From Octopus vulgaris (taxonomy: Eukaryota), in contig OX597816.1 of the NCBI GenBank assembly GCA_951406725.2, positions 23,808,001-23,872,000 on the forward strand: a DNA stretch of 64,000 nucleotides, written 5' to 3'. Positions 13,779 through 28,373 of this stretch are shown piece after piece (position 1 is the stretch's first letter; every line of letters begins with the position of its first letter). Position numbers and translations under genes: made by a program. The notes beneath the pieces were generated by a model. The model was not told the DNA's origin and did not search any database. It worked only from the letters and a program-made list of their open reading frames with translations.

Positions 13779-13815
13779 CCCGCTGAGCAGTGTGCAACTG
13801 GTGCGGGAGCGTTAC
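13779..13815 (-). other. Candidate 37-nt exon of an unidentified host gene
   Basis: Minus strand reads tcttttattttcgtttaag|GTAACGCTCC...CTCAGCGGG|gtaagc. Good pyrimidine tract, consensus donor and two open frames, in non-repetitive sequence. Confidence 0.35.
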
Positions 13816-14205
13816 CTTAAACGAAAATAAAAGACGTAGATACAACAGTATAATTTAGAATCTCGATTTCAAACTGGGGAGTTCGTGACATCTTTGGCAT
13901 GTGTTTCTTCCTGTAATCTTGAGTTCATCAACAGTCTGAATGTAAAATATATGATTGACGGAAACTGCAGAACCCTGTTTGATATATATATATAAATATA
14001 TTTAGATATATATATATACACTCAATTACACTATAAAATGGTCAAATTTTTCCACAAGAACTTAGTTCAATTTGAAAACCCCACTAGAATGGGTTAAAGC
14101 GCTAATATATGATATATGATATGTTATATGATGTAAAAAAACATGTAATATACAAATAAATATCTGTAAATATAAAACCATCCGAATTTCTGAGTACCTC
14201 ATTTC

Positions 14206-14268
<63 letters not shown>

Positions 14269-14349
14269 CAAATAAGTAACGAGAATGTCAAGGTATTAGT
14301 GCATTATGGCCGTTTCAGGCGGCTCCATTTAATCGAATAGGCAATCATT

Positions 14350-14828
14350 ACATCATCTGTTTGGTGGGATATGAAAGGTTTAGTCCACTTTGAACTTTTA
14401 AACCCCAACCAAACGATAACAAAGGAAATTTACTGCGCTAGAAGAAAAACGACCATCTGTGGAGTCAAGACATGAGGATAATGCCTGACCACATCCAGCG
14501 AGGATGACAGTCCAAAGGCTGGAGCCGTTTGAATGAGAGGCGATGCTCTACCCACTATATTCGCCGGACATTACCTCATCTAATTATCATTTATTCCGCA
14601 GTCTTCAAAATCATTTGGACGGAAAAAATATGAATTCTGTAGACGAGGTCAGAACATTACTGGAGGAGTGTTTTTCGTTACGGACAAGGGAATTTTGGAA
14701 GAGGGGCCTTGCAAGTGTACCAGATAGATGGAAGAGCATTGTTAAAAATGAAGGAGAGTATATTTTAGAATTAAAAAGAACTTTGTTTATCTTAATTTTG
14801 GAAAATAAAAGAAGTATAAAAAATCGCA
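14350..14828 (+). mobile_element. Mariner transposase 3' fragment
   Basis: VWWDMKGLVHFELL and LYPLYSPDITSSNYHLFRSLQNHL...FWKRGL..VPDRW motifs, with stops and frameshifts. Confidence 0.85.
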
Positions 14829-15619
14829 AATAGATAGATAGAGAGATAGAGAGAGATCGACAGACAGACAGATAGATAGAGAGAGATATACTTAGGTGGT
14901 GAGGTTAATATATGCACGTATGAGTATATCTGTGCGAACGTGTGGGAATAACTGAGTATTTTCATTTTCATATATATATATATATGTATTATGTTTCTAT
15001 AACTGTATTCATTTTTATCGTTGTAAACCCCATGATGTGTCAAAAACAAAACTGAATTATTTGATAGACTGGTGAAATACGTACCAAATCAGAATAAGTA
15101 ATAGAATCTATATGATTAACCACTTTAAGTGGTTAATAAATATTACCTTTAGCATTAACACTGCTTCTGTCGTTATTAATCATTTTTTGATAATCCCGCA
15201 GTCTGTTTGCAACACCAGTTCCCGAGCAGACACTGAGATACGACATATCGCTGACGGGGTAATCGGTTGCTACACCTAAAAGGATGTCTGCCCTTGAAAT
15301 AGCGAAGGAAAGGTGAAATAACGCGTTCTGGCCGTTCAGGCGACCGTAGCAAACGATACTCGCCCACCAGTGATATAAACAAGGGTGCTTTTATGCACCA
15401 GAAGTCCATATGAGAAGTCTTCTCGTGGTAAATAACGCAGTACAATCTGTTCTAACACAACATCCACTTTACATTGGTGATAAATATTACCTTTTAGTAT
15501 TACGGATGTTAGTATTATTGTTTAGCCTCGGGTCAGCTGTGTTCGACCTCAGTTCTGATCACAAACGTTCCAAACATGCACTACACTTTTTTTTCTTTTA
15601 GACAATGTTTGTGTTTATA

Positions 15620-15850
15620 TTTATTTCTTTATTGTCCACAGGGAGATAAACATAGATGGGGACAAACAAGGACAGACAAACGAATTAAGTCGATTACACC
15701 GACCCCAGTGCTGGTACTTAATTTATCGACCCCGAAAGGATGAAAGGCAAAGTCGACCTCGGCGGAATTTGAACTCAGAACGTAACGGCGGACGAAATAC
15801 GGCTACGCATTTCGCCCGACGTGCTAACCGTTCTACCAGCTCGCCGCCTT
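15620..15850 (-). mobile_element. SINE family 2
   Basis: Reverse complement of head plus one unit. Confidence 0.85.
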
Positions 15851-16901
15851 ATGGGGTTTATAATATCATCCAATGCTTCATTCCATTTTCAAGGTGTGAT
15901 TTAAAAAAAAGATTTGACTGCTATTTCTTGCAAGATAATCAGCTCTCTATAGGCTTCCAATTATTCTTGACAAGGTGGTGGATTTAACAGAATTCGTAGA
16001 ATGCCGGAACAAAATATCTTGCGATATTTAATTACAGCACTTTATTATCTGAATTCAAATACTGCCAAGGACGAGTTTGTTTTCATCTCTCCAAGATATT
16101 TCATCTTCTCCATTTAAAAATAAATAAACAAATAAATAAATAAATAAATAAATAAATACAAGAAACTTCCTATCCAGACACTTCGTCTTCCTTGTTTCCA
16201 TGACTTTCTTTACTGATTTATAATTACAAGGAATTCAAACTAAACTATTTTATTTCAAAGCGTGCTAATTGAAAAATAAAAAATAAAAATAAGAAAAAAA
16301 AGAATAAAGATTTATTAATATAATTAGTACATAGTTTAATTTATTTCGCTAGATTTGCCATGTTTTGTTTTTGTTAATTTGTTTTGTTTATTTCTTTTGA
16401 GTGCACATTTGTTTTCCTTTTAATTTTCTTTTAATTTTCAGCCATTATAACTATGGGTTGGCGAAGGGGGTGAGTATCTGCCAGAGTCTCGGGGGAAAGT
16501 TTTATAGGTGAGTCTCATTCGTCTGCTTGGATCTTGTAGAGGCTTTTACGGATTAAGTCTTCATAGTTTCAAATTTTGATACAAAGCCAGCAAATTTAGG
16601 AGTGAAAAGGTTAGTGGAATACCTCAACTCCAGTATTCAACTGGTACTTATTTCTTTGACCCAGATTACGCCTTATTAGTGTGTAATTAGAAAGCGCGGC
16701 GAGCTGGCTGAATCGTTATCATGCCGGAAAAAATTAGCGATATTTCTTTCATTTTACGTTCTGAGTTCAAATCCTGCCGAGGACGATTGTGCCTTCCCAA
16801 CCCTTTCGAGATTCATAAAATAAGTACAAGTTGAACACTGGGATCGATGTAACTGACTTATACCCACTCCCAAAATTTCAGGCCTTGTACCTAGAGTAAA
16901 A

Positions 16902-17306
16902 TATTTACATTTGAGGGATATTTGTCCTCATCTTGTTTGTTGTTAACACAACGTTTCGGCTGATATACCCGCCAGCCTTCATCGGGTGTCTTGATGAATT
17001 TCGAAAAAAGGTTCTCATTCCTAAGGTATTTTTCGATGATATTATTATTATTATTATTATTATTATTCATATGGCGTAGTGGTTAAGAGCGCAGGCTACT
17101 AACCTCAAGATTCCGAGTTCCATTCCAGGCAGTGACCTGAATAATAATAATAATAATAATAATTATAATATCGAAAAATACCTTCGGAATGAGAGCCCAG
17201 GTTAGAAATTTCCCCAAGTCACCTGATGAAGGCTTGAGGGTATATCAGCCGAAACGTTGTGTTAACAACAAACAAGATGAGAACAAATGTCCGTCAAATG
17301 TAAATA
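16902..17306. mobile_element. Foldback element: two inverted ~135-bp hammerhead-bearing arms around (ATT)n, a tRNA-like segment and (AAT)n
   Basis: 16902-17037 is the reverse complement of 17170-17306. Right arm reads cac-CTGATGA-a-GGCT..AGCC-GAAA-cg-TT-gtg. Confidence 0.75.
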
Positions 17307-17489
17307 GACCGTCATTTAAAGATGTTTTTGTTAAATATTGTTATTGTTTTTGTTGAATAAAATTTGTTGAAAAAAAGCTGCAATAATTATGCACCATCCC
17401 AATATATTTATATAAACTAAGATATTTTTCGACCAATGATTGGTCCAGGCCATGTCATATATATATATATATATATATAAAAGATTTTT

Positions 17490-17692
17490 GAAAACGCCAC
17501 TATATAAGATAAATTTTAATTTTCTTAAAGATTTTATATACTTCTGTTGAGACTAGTAAGAAACAATTATGAACTTTTTTATTACACTTGATTTTTTTAA
17601 ATATTTTTGATAAGGTTCGTTTTCTCAAGAAGAACCGAAACATGTAAAATCTCTAAGAAAATTAAAATTTATCTTATATAGTGGCGTTTTCA
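17490..17692. repeat. Imperfect hairpin element between (TA)n tracts with a degenerate hammerhead motif
   Basis: gaaaacgccactatataagataaa pairs with tttatcttatatagtggcgttttc. Internal tTGATAA-GGTTC..GAACC-GAAA-catg-TA. Confidence 0.6.
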
Positions 17693-17742
17693 CACTTCTT
17701 TTTGTATAAATATATACCAACTCGTATGCCACCTACACTTTT

Positions 17743-17830
<88 letters not shown>

Positions 17831-17917
17831 TAATCCAAACAAGAAAGCACAAAAAAACACAACAACGCGAGGACGTGGAATAAATATAGCATTATTGGAC
17901 GCTCAGGAAAGAAGGGA

Positions 17918-17961
<44 letters not shown>

Positions 17962-18387
17962 TGTGTGTGTGTTTATATATATATCTAGCAAATATATATA
18001 TATGTGTGTGTGTGTGTAGTATAGATCTACCATGTAAAAAGACATCTTAAATTCGGTATCGTATATTTTTCTCTTGTATCTCTTAATCTTTTCTTTTTGA
18101 TAAACACTGTTATCCGAAAAGTTACATTTTTCTTCTATATTTTCTTTTGGTATATATATATAGCAAATATTGCTATATACAACTTGTATATATTATATAG
18201 GTTATGCAAACACGCAGAGAGAGAGAGAGAGAGAGAAATCACCCAAATATCAAAAGTAAAAGAAAAGCAAATGGGGGACAGATAAATATTACATGGAATC
18301 AGACATGTCAAAGCACGTGACTGAAAAAAACCGCAGAAATATACAACAAATGGACAACGATCAAAAAACTGTACAATAAAGATAAAT

Positions 18388-19376
<989 letters not shown>

Positions 19377-19593
19377 TGCCAAAAGAAAATATAGAAGAAA
19401 TTGTAACTGTTCGGATAACAGTATTTAGCAAAAAGGAGAAAAGGATTAAGAGATACAAGGGAAAAATATACGATACCGAATTTATGATGTCTTTTTACAT
19501 GATAGGTCTATACTACACATTCACACACGTGTGTGTGTGACCATATATATATATGTTCTGATACACGCACAGCCAAAAAATTAACTAACTAAC

Positions 19594-19638
<45 letters not shown>

Positions 19639-19797
19639 CACACACACTAGTGCTTGTACTGGCAGCGCTGCAATTTTCCAATCATGGGGAGAGAAAAGGA
19701 TTAAGAGATACAAGAGAAAAATATACGATACCGAATTTAAGATGTCTTTTTACATGATAGGTCTATACTACACATACATGTGTTTTTGTGTGTGTGT

Positions 19798-19830
<33 letters not shown>

Positions 19831-19859
19831 CATATATATATATATATATATGCTCTGAT

Positions 19860-19893
<34 letters not shown>

Positions 19894-20680
19894 GCTTGTA
19901 CTGGCAGCTCTGCGATTTTCCAATCATGGGGGAAAAGCCATAATTACAACTTACACTCTCTTCAAATAATATCTCCCTTCAGACAATAACCTAAATAACT
20001 GACGAATAATCAATTTACCAAAACTAACTTTGAATCCAAAATTTTCAAACCTACGCGTCCGCTTATGCAAAGTTATATAACTTGAATTTAACGCTACAGT
20101 CAAAGCTAATTACAAACCTTAATACCAGGCAAATCCATTAATTTAGAACCTAAAATTAGAGACTAAAAGCAAATACTATTAACCAAGTCGTAATTACATA
20201 TAAAACTATATATAACTATCAATTTAGTTAGATTTCCATAAAATCTTCAGCTAGAAAAACGTTAAGATAACTCCAATGAATTCAAAATTTATAAAATTCA
20301 ATGTGAGATTTTATTATTACTTCGTTATGACCCTTCAACACTCCTTACAAAGAACATAGATATAGCTCAGTCCTACTTTTAATATTCTAGCAAATAACTT
20401 AATGACTTTGATGTAACAGGTCAGCCATCGACATTTTTTTTCCCCCATCCAATGTTCATAGCTTTATTTAATTCGAATTTTAAGGTTAGAAGTCATTTAT
20501 TTCATTTCTCGCGAAGTTTGTAAAATTTTATAACATAAACAACACGATCTCGCTGGCAAGAAGAAAGCTTCAAAAATGAATTGCAAAATTCGAAGGATTG
20601 CTTTGGTACAACGTCTGCTTTGTTTCCAAAAGATATGGGTTCCAGTCCCCAAAATTTAGCGATATAAATAATATCTCCAT

Positions 20681-20897
20681 AAGGCGGTGAGCTGACAGAA
20701 TAGTTAGCACGCCGGGGAAAATGGTTAGCTGCATTTCGTCCGTCTTTACGTTCCGAGTTCAAATTCCACCGAGGTCGACTTTGCCTTTCATCTTGTCAGA
20801 GGGCGATAGATTAAGTACCAGTGAAACACTGAGGTCGATGTAATCGACTATCCCCTCCCCCTAAAATTTTAGGCATTTTGCCTATAGTAAAAAGGCT
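20681..20897 (+). mobile_element. SINE family 2 variant
   Basis: Head and conserved central block with an alternative tail. Confidence 0.8.
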
Positions 20898-21157
20898 ATA
20901 AAAATATCCACGCTCTGTTATATTAACTTACAAATAAATGACAAACACACACACACACACATGTATATATATATATATATATAATTATATATAAATTTGT
21001 GGTAAAACATTTTACCTTGCCCATATAATACAATAAATGAATTAATTGCATCGCAATTCTTAACATTTATGTATCAACTTTGTTGGGTACTTTACTGGCA
21101 GTATATTGGATATATGTTATCCCATGGTGGGTTGCACTCACAACCCCTATCTCACTT

Positions 21158-21213
<56 letters not shown>

Positions 21214-21289
21214 CATGTATGCACATATATATATATACATACATACTTTTACAACCACACACATACATACATACTTACACACACATATG

Positions 21290-21362
<73 letters not shown>

Positions 21363-22047
21363 GCGTGTGTGTATGTTCTCAAGACCGCTGTGTGACAGTA
21401 TCTGTAGAGTGGTGACAAAACTTCTTGAGAATTTAATTACTGTCCGAGTTCAGGCCCCACAGGGATTGGCTTCACCTCCCATCGCTGCAAGTTTTAATAA
21501 AAATAAATACCCTTTGTGTTCAATTTAATTTACTGTGTTGTATTCGATTTAAATATTTATTGTCTTCGATTTAATACATTTTAACCCCAACCAAATGTGA
21601 GACTCTGTGTCGCCCTTAGAAACTGATATTAAATGAAATGTATAAAAAGATATTTTTGTAATATAATTTGAAATAAATGGCGACAGATAACAAATTCTTC
21701 GGATATTATTGATATAGTCAATTGATTTGAGCCGAGTAAATTGGTTTCAAATTTTGGCACAAGGCCAGTAATTTCGAAGGAAGTTGGCTAAGTCAATCAC
21801 ATCAGCCCAAGTGTTCAGCTTGTACTTATTTTATCGTCCCCGAGAGGATGAAGGCAAAGCTGAATTTGGTGGAATTCGATCTCAGAACACAGGCGCAGTT
21901 GTGTGGTAAAAAGCTTGCTTCCCAACCACATGGATCTGAGTTCAGTCCTACTGCGTGGTGCATTGAGTAAACGCCTTCTACTATAGCCTCGGGACAACTA
22001 AAACCTTGTTAGTGGAGTTTTGGTAGACGGATACTGAAAGAAACCCG

Positions 22048-22180
<133 letters not shown>

Positions 22181-22266
22181 CATACATACACATATATATA
22201 CACACATATATAACATATATATACGTGTCTATATATATATATCTATGTATGTATATATGTATATAT

Positions 22267-22906
22267 ATTAAAGTATTAATTTCAATGAGACAAGTTCCAA
22301 TAATACTCTTCATCAAAGCCGACACTTTTCTAAACACGGAGGGTATATATAAACCATTAAAAGCGTGCAAACGCATAACATACAAAAAACATATATATAC
22401 AAATAACAGTGTAATTCTGTGCCCAAATCAAAGTCGGATAAGTAATTGCATAATTACAGAGAAGTGCAAGCTGATGAGATAACAGTTCACAATGGTCCAA
22501 AAGAGATGTCCTCAAATGAATTCAATAAATAGAAAGTCTTACGGCCGTTTCTGGGAATGTGCGAAGAAGTGTGTAGGTATTACCGAAGTTCAAAAGGGCT
22601 TACCTACACACTTCTTCGCACATTCCCAGAAACGGCCGTAAGACTCTTTCTATTTATTGAACTTCCTTTTTTGGATTATTGTGAACTGCTATCTCATCAG
22701 TTTGCACTTCTCAGTATTTATGCAATTACTTATCAGACTTTCATTTGGGCACGGAATTACACTGTTATATGTGTATATATATATGTTTTTGTTTGTTGTA
22801 TGTTCGCACGCTTATAATGGCTTATATATGCCCTCTGTGTTTAGATATGAGTCGGTTTTGATGATGAGTACTATTGACCTTGGAACTTGACTCTTTCAAA
22901 ATAATA
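22267..22906. repeat. Large imperfect palindrome (arms ~310 bp, spacer 22580-22600)
   Basis: cttacggccgtttctgggaatgtgcgaagaagtgtgtaggta and tacctacacacttcttcgcacattcccagaaacggccgtaag are exact reverse complements; similarity continues outwards. Confidence 0.9.
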
Positions 22907-24171
22907 TTAGGTCAAGTATGAAATTTGTAGTGACGTATATAGTAAACTTTACAACTGCTCATTTTGCGCTCTTGTTATATTTTGACAATCATTATTTTTT
23001 GTTAGAAAGCTGACAATTTATTTCTTTATTCTAACTTATTTTGCGCTTTATAAAGTGTTTATAAATCGTTTTTTTTTTTTTTTTTTTTTTGCTATTTTTG
23101 TTTAGAGATGGATAAATCAGAAATTCGTACTGTTTTGAAATATTAGTTCTTTCTTGGAAATACAGCATCACAGACAGCTCGGAATATTAATGGATTTTTT
23201 TCATTCTAATGTTATTACACAGCAGACAGTATCAAATTGGTTTACAAAATTTCGTTCTGGTAACTTTGACCTAACAAATGAGCAATGCAGTTGACCAGAA
23301 ACAAAGTTAGATAATGACGAACTGAAAGCCACCGTCGAGTCAGATCCATCTCAAAGTGCTTGTGAATTATCGTTGTTGTTTGGTGTTAGCAAGCAAACAA
23401 TATTGACTCACCTAGTTCAAATCGGTAAAGGGAAAAAGTTGGATAAGTGGGTTCCACATTAACTCAATGAAAATCAGAAACAGCAACGTTTGGAAGCCTG
23501 CACTATGCTACTTTCTCGTCACAAAAATTAATAATTTCTGAATCGAATTATAACATGTGATGAGAAATGGATCCAGTACAACAATTGTAAACGTTGAGCA
23601 CAATGGGTGGACAAAGACGAGCCACCATAATACAGTCCAAAAAGCAAAATTTATCAAAAGAAGCTGACGGTGTGTGTTTGGCGGTCTGGTGTAGGTGTGA
23701 TCCGTTATGATTTCATTAAACCTGGCTCATCAATCACCGCCGAAGTATACTGCAGCTAACTGGACCAAATGATGCAGAAACTTACAAAAAAAACAGCCTA
23801 GATTAATCAACAGATCCACACATCACAAAAATGACATTGGTGAAACTACAGGAGTTGGAGTTGGAAGTTCTCCATCGTCCACTATACTCACCTGATCTTG
23901 TCCCCACTGACTACCCTTTCTTCCAGAATTTGAATAACTTTTTGACAGGAAAGAAATTTAATTCTGACGATGCTGTAAAACAAGCCTTCCAAGATTTTAT
24001 TGACTCTAGATTGCCAAGCTTTTACAGTTCCGGGCTGGACAAGCTACTGCTGAAATAACAAAGTGTATTGACAATAAGGGTGCATACTTTGATGAATTAA
24101 ACTATTCCTTGTATTTATAGAACATTAGCAAACGTTTTTCTTTTCCACAAATTTCATACTTGACGATCTAA
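22907..24171 (+). mobile_element. Full-length (~1.27 kb) decayed mariner transposon
   Basis: TIRs ttaggtcaagtatgaaatttgt and acaaatttcatacttgacgatctaa with TA flanks. Transposase remnants MDKSEIR, KWVPH, TCDEKW and HRPLYSPDLVPTDYPFF; many stops. Confidence 0.92.
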
Positions 24172-24289
24172 TACTTTAATCTAATCGCTCAATAAATTGA
24201 GCACTATGCTGTTGTTTCTTGAAAAGAGTTCACCTCCATAATTGTGTGTGTGTGTGTGTGTGTTTGTGCCCTCACCACTGCTTGACAAC

Positions 24290-24548
24290 CAGAACGTAGC
24301 GGCAGACGAAATACCTATTTCTTTACTACCCACAAGGGGCTAAACTCAGAGGAGACAAACAAGGACAGACAAACGAATTAAGTCGATTATATCGACCCCA
24401 GTGCGTAACTGGTACTTATTTAATCGACCCCGAAAGGATGAAAGGCAAAGTCGACCTCGGCGTTATTTGAACTCAGAACCTAACGGCAGACGAAATACTG
24501 CTAAGCATTTCGCCCGGCGTGCTAACGTTTCTGCCAGCTCGCCGCCTT
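24290..24548 (-). mobile_element. SINE family 2
   Basis: Reverse complement match. Confidence 0.85.
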
Positions 24549-24842
24549 ACTATAAAGTATTATAATACGAACCAATAAGGGGAAGATTAAGCTGTGTCTA
24601 TCAAATTAAGGAGCCACTACAAGATACTACAGTACTAACAGTAATTTGAAATGGTTGGTGTCTTTTGAGCTTACTATTCAGTTGAACTCCTTGGTGCAGC
24701 CTGGAGAAAGGTAGTTTTCGCCGAGTCATGTTCTACAAGATTCACTAGAATGATAATGTTAATAAAACAGATTTCATTGGTGGCTCAATGTTATGGTAAT
24801 CAGCATCACTGATCTTCGGAAATTTAATATTTTATGATCAGC

Positions 24843-25217
24843 AAGGCGGCAACCTGGCAGAAACGTTAGCAAGCCGGGCGACGTTCTGAGTTCAAATTCC
24901 GCCGAGGTCGACTTTGCCTTTCATCCTTTCGGGGTCGATAAATTAAGTACCAGTTACGCGCTGGGGTCAATGTAATCGACGTAATCCATTTGTCTGTCCT
25001 TGTTTGTCCTCTCTGTGTTTATCCCCTTATGGATAGTAAAGAAATAAGTATTTCACCCGTAGCTACGTTCTGAGTTCAAATTCCGCCAAGGTCGACTTTG
25101 CCTTTCATCCTTTCGGTGTCGATAATTTAAGTACCAGTTGTGTACTGGGTTCATTCTAATCGACTGCCTCCTACCCTCTCCTCAAAAATTTCGAGTCTTG
25201 TGCCTAGAGTAGAAAAG
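24843..25217 (+). mobile_element. SINE family 2 dimer with 17-bp TSD
   Basis: TSD aatattttatgatcagc at 24826-24842 and 25218-25234. Confidence 0.9.
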
Positions 25218-25771
25218 AATATTTTATGATCAGCCTAGGGTTGAAATAAGTGTAAGATTTGAGCTCGGAATGTGAATTAATTCATTGCTTTATATTCGAT
25301 GATCCCACTCAGACAACAAACCTACGAAAACGTGGGTCAAAGCCCATTATTCGGAATAAGGAATGTGTAGATTTCTAGAGAGGAAATGGCAGTGAAGTGA
25401 TAGACATTAACTTATACTAAGGCTCAAATCTTAGTCACAAGCTCGGATTGTCAAAGTGCTTAGTACTTTTCCAAAGTGACGGCTTGTGGACTACGTTGTG
25501 CAAATTTAACTTCTACGGCCCACAAAGAAGATGGTTCCTGTTTCTGGAAGAAACGTTTCCACGCCGAACAAAATGCTTAGTGATATTTCTATGGGCTCTT
25601 TACGTTCCGAGTTCAAATCCTGCCGAGGTCGACTTAGCCGTTCATACTTTCAGGGTCGATAAAGTAAGTATCAGTAGAACATTGGGCCTATGTAATTGAC
25701 TTACCCCTCCCTCAAAATAACTGTTTTGTGCCAAAATTTGAAATAATTATTAAAAACAATCTGGCAGTATT

Positions 25772-26300
25772 GTTAGCGCATCGGACAAAATGTTAGCGGC
25801 ATTTTTCTTCCGGCTCTTTACGTACCGAGTTCAAATCCTGCCGAGGTCGTCTTTGTCTTTCATTCTTTCGGAATCGATAAAATGAGTACTTAGCGCATCG
25901 GACAAAATGTTTAGCGGCATTTCTTCCGGTTCTTTACGTTTCGAGATCAAATCCTGCCGGGGTCGACTTTGTCTTTCATTCTTTCGGAATCGATAAAATG
26001 AGTACTTAGCGCATCGGACAAAATGTTTAGCGGCATTTCTTCCGGCTCTTGACGTTCCGAGTTCAAATCTTGCCGAGGTCGACTTTGTCTTTCATTCTTT
26101 CGGAATCGATAAAATGAGTACTTAGCGCATCGGACAAAATGTTTAGCGGCATTTCTTCCGGCTCTTTACGTTCCGAGTTCAAATCCTGCCGAGGTCGACT
26201 TTGTCTTTCATTTTTTCGGGGTCGATAAAATGAGTACTTAGATCGACATGATAGACTTAGCCTTCGCCTCGAAATTGCTGGCCTTGTACCAAAATTTGAT
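25772..26300 (+). repeat. Four tandem ~116-bp units derived from the 5' part of SINE family 2
   Basis: ttagcgcatcggacaaaatg...gataaaatgagtac recurs at about 25773, 25890, 26006 and 26122. Confidence 0.9.
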
Positions 26301-27908
26301 TCAATTATTCCATTTTGCAATCTTTGAGCAATCTTTGCTACTCTAGCGACGATTTCAACCGAACACTTGAGAAAGTCATAAATGTCACAAGATCTCCTTT
26401 TTGTTTTATAACCATGGGATTGGGCCTCACAAGGAAATCAATATTACGCAACACATTGTTGGAGCCATCCGTAGTAAAGATACTCACCCCATACAAAAAT
26501 AGGTTAATTTTATCTATAAATTTATCGATCTTCGTCGTATAATATCTGGCTTATCAATTCAGCTCTGATATCGATTTTTTTCGAAATCTTTACAAAGATC
26601 CAATTTTTCAGACAATTTTTCTCTCTTTCTTCCTTTTTCGTTTCGTTTGTTTTGTTTCGTACAAGTAAATGAACTCGCTTAAGTGGTTGAAAAATATTTC
26701 CAACAGAGCATTATCCATAATATATGTGGTTGCTATAGTAGAAGTACTGTACCATTTTAGTAACAGCTTCAAGAAGTGAATGGCTTGCACAAACAGAAAC
26801 CATTTTGAGAATAGAGAATTCTCGACTTGAGAGAGAGGAGAGAAGTTTCTCTTAACAACAAGTAATATAATTCTTCCATCAAAAAATAGTATTGATCGAA
26901 AACCATTCGTAATTTAACATGGATAGATTTAAGACGTTGATTTAAAATTAGCTCAGTCAAACTCTATTGTGTCCATGGTAACAATAGTGAAAACATCGAT
27001 CTCTTATCACAACGGCAGCAAGCTAATCGTGCTATAGGATCTTCTAGATTTTACCAAACTCTCAACATGGCACGGCGACCTTTACTAGTGATTCTAGTGA
27101 TTCAGAAGATTGAATAGTCAGAAGAAATAAACCATTTTGAATGAAGTGAGAGGTAGACGCTGAAGTTTATCGTTTCATTAATGTTATCCATTAGTGTTTA
27201 TCGTTTTCTTATAATTGCGTTCTTGTAATTACTTTCTTCATTACATTTTTTTTTCTCTCTCACAATCAATATCCCAAACGCAGTTGATTGCATGTATTAA
27301 ATTATGTCGCTGGCGTTTTCATAAACCGGCCCAAACCATAGAAAACTTATAAGCGAAGAAGGAAAGAGGCCGTAATGTAAAAGAATCTGGACTGCAATGA
27401 GGAAAGGGGTTTATACGCTGAATAACCTATACAGATAACTAACAAGATATTATCGATTAGGGGACGGGGGGGGGGGGAAATTGACTAGGCAGAAATAGAT
27501 TCATATCATAGCAGAGTCGAAAATGGAATTTTGTGATGTGCATCCCTTCCCTCGGGCTATTTAATTGAGTAAATATAGGAAAATTGCCTGAGCTGGTAAT
27601 CAAAGCCGGGTTCGTGATCTCAGCCTTCCCAAAGCATACATCTTGCTCTCTAACGTTAACCGTTTTCTTTTCCTTTTTTGTTATTTGTTGTTGGTTTTTT
27701 TCTTTTTTTGTAAAAGACTGATTAATTACTAAATTCTTCTATATATCCATTCCATGTTGTACTGCAGATTGGTCTGCCCTTGGACGGTTCCAATAGAATA
27801 TCAGTTTTCCTATGAGACCAGGCTACTAATCCTTTAATCAAAACTTTCTCCTTTTTCTGGAGTCACAGAACTGATTGAGAGAGAAAGAGAAAAAAGAACA
27901 GTGGGGGT

Positions 27909-27949
<41 letters not shown>

Positions 27950-28119
27950 ACAAAGTATCACTCCATCCACTACTGGTAATTTATTTATGAAACTCACAAG
28001 ATGAGAGGAAAAATTATCTTCAGCGGGATTTGAACGTACAATGCGGGAACAAATACCATCAGATATTTCATCCGATGCTCTAATGGTTCTACCAATTCGC
28101 TGCTTTTACATAACAAAAA

Positions 28120-28373
28120 GTGGAGGCGCGTGGCTTAGTGGTTAGCGTGTCAGCATCATGATCGTAAGATTGTTGTTTCGATTCCTGGACCGGGCGACGC
28201 GTTGTGTTCTTGAGCAAAACACTTCATTTCACGTTGCTCCAGTCCACTCAGCTGGCAAAAATGAGTAACGCTGCGATGGACTGACGTCCCGTCCAACTGA
28301 GGAACACATGCGCCATAGAAACCGGGAAACCAGGCCCATGAGCCTGGCTAGGCTTTAAAAGGGCGCAAGAAGG
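28120..28373 (+). mobile_element. tRNA-derived SINE family 4 with 11-bp TSD
   Basis: A-box tggcttagtgg and B-box gtttcgattcc. TSD cataacaaaaa at 28109-28119 and 28374-28384. Confidence 0.88.

Noticed and set aside
27660-27830. Pyrimidine tract plus ctgcag as a splice acceptor (also candidate donors near 8980 and 24685 on the minus strand)
   Set aside because: No convincing paired splice site or recognisable peptide; such signals are frequent by chance.
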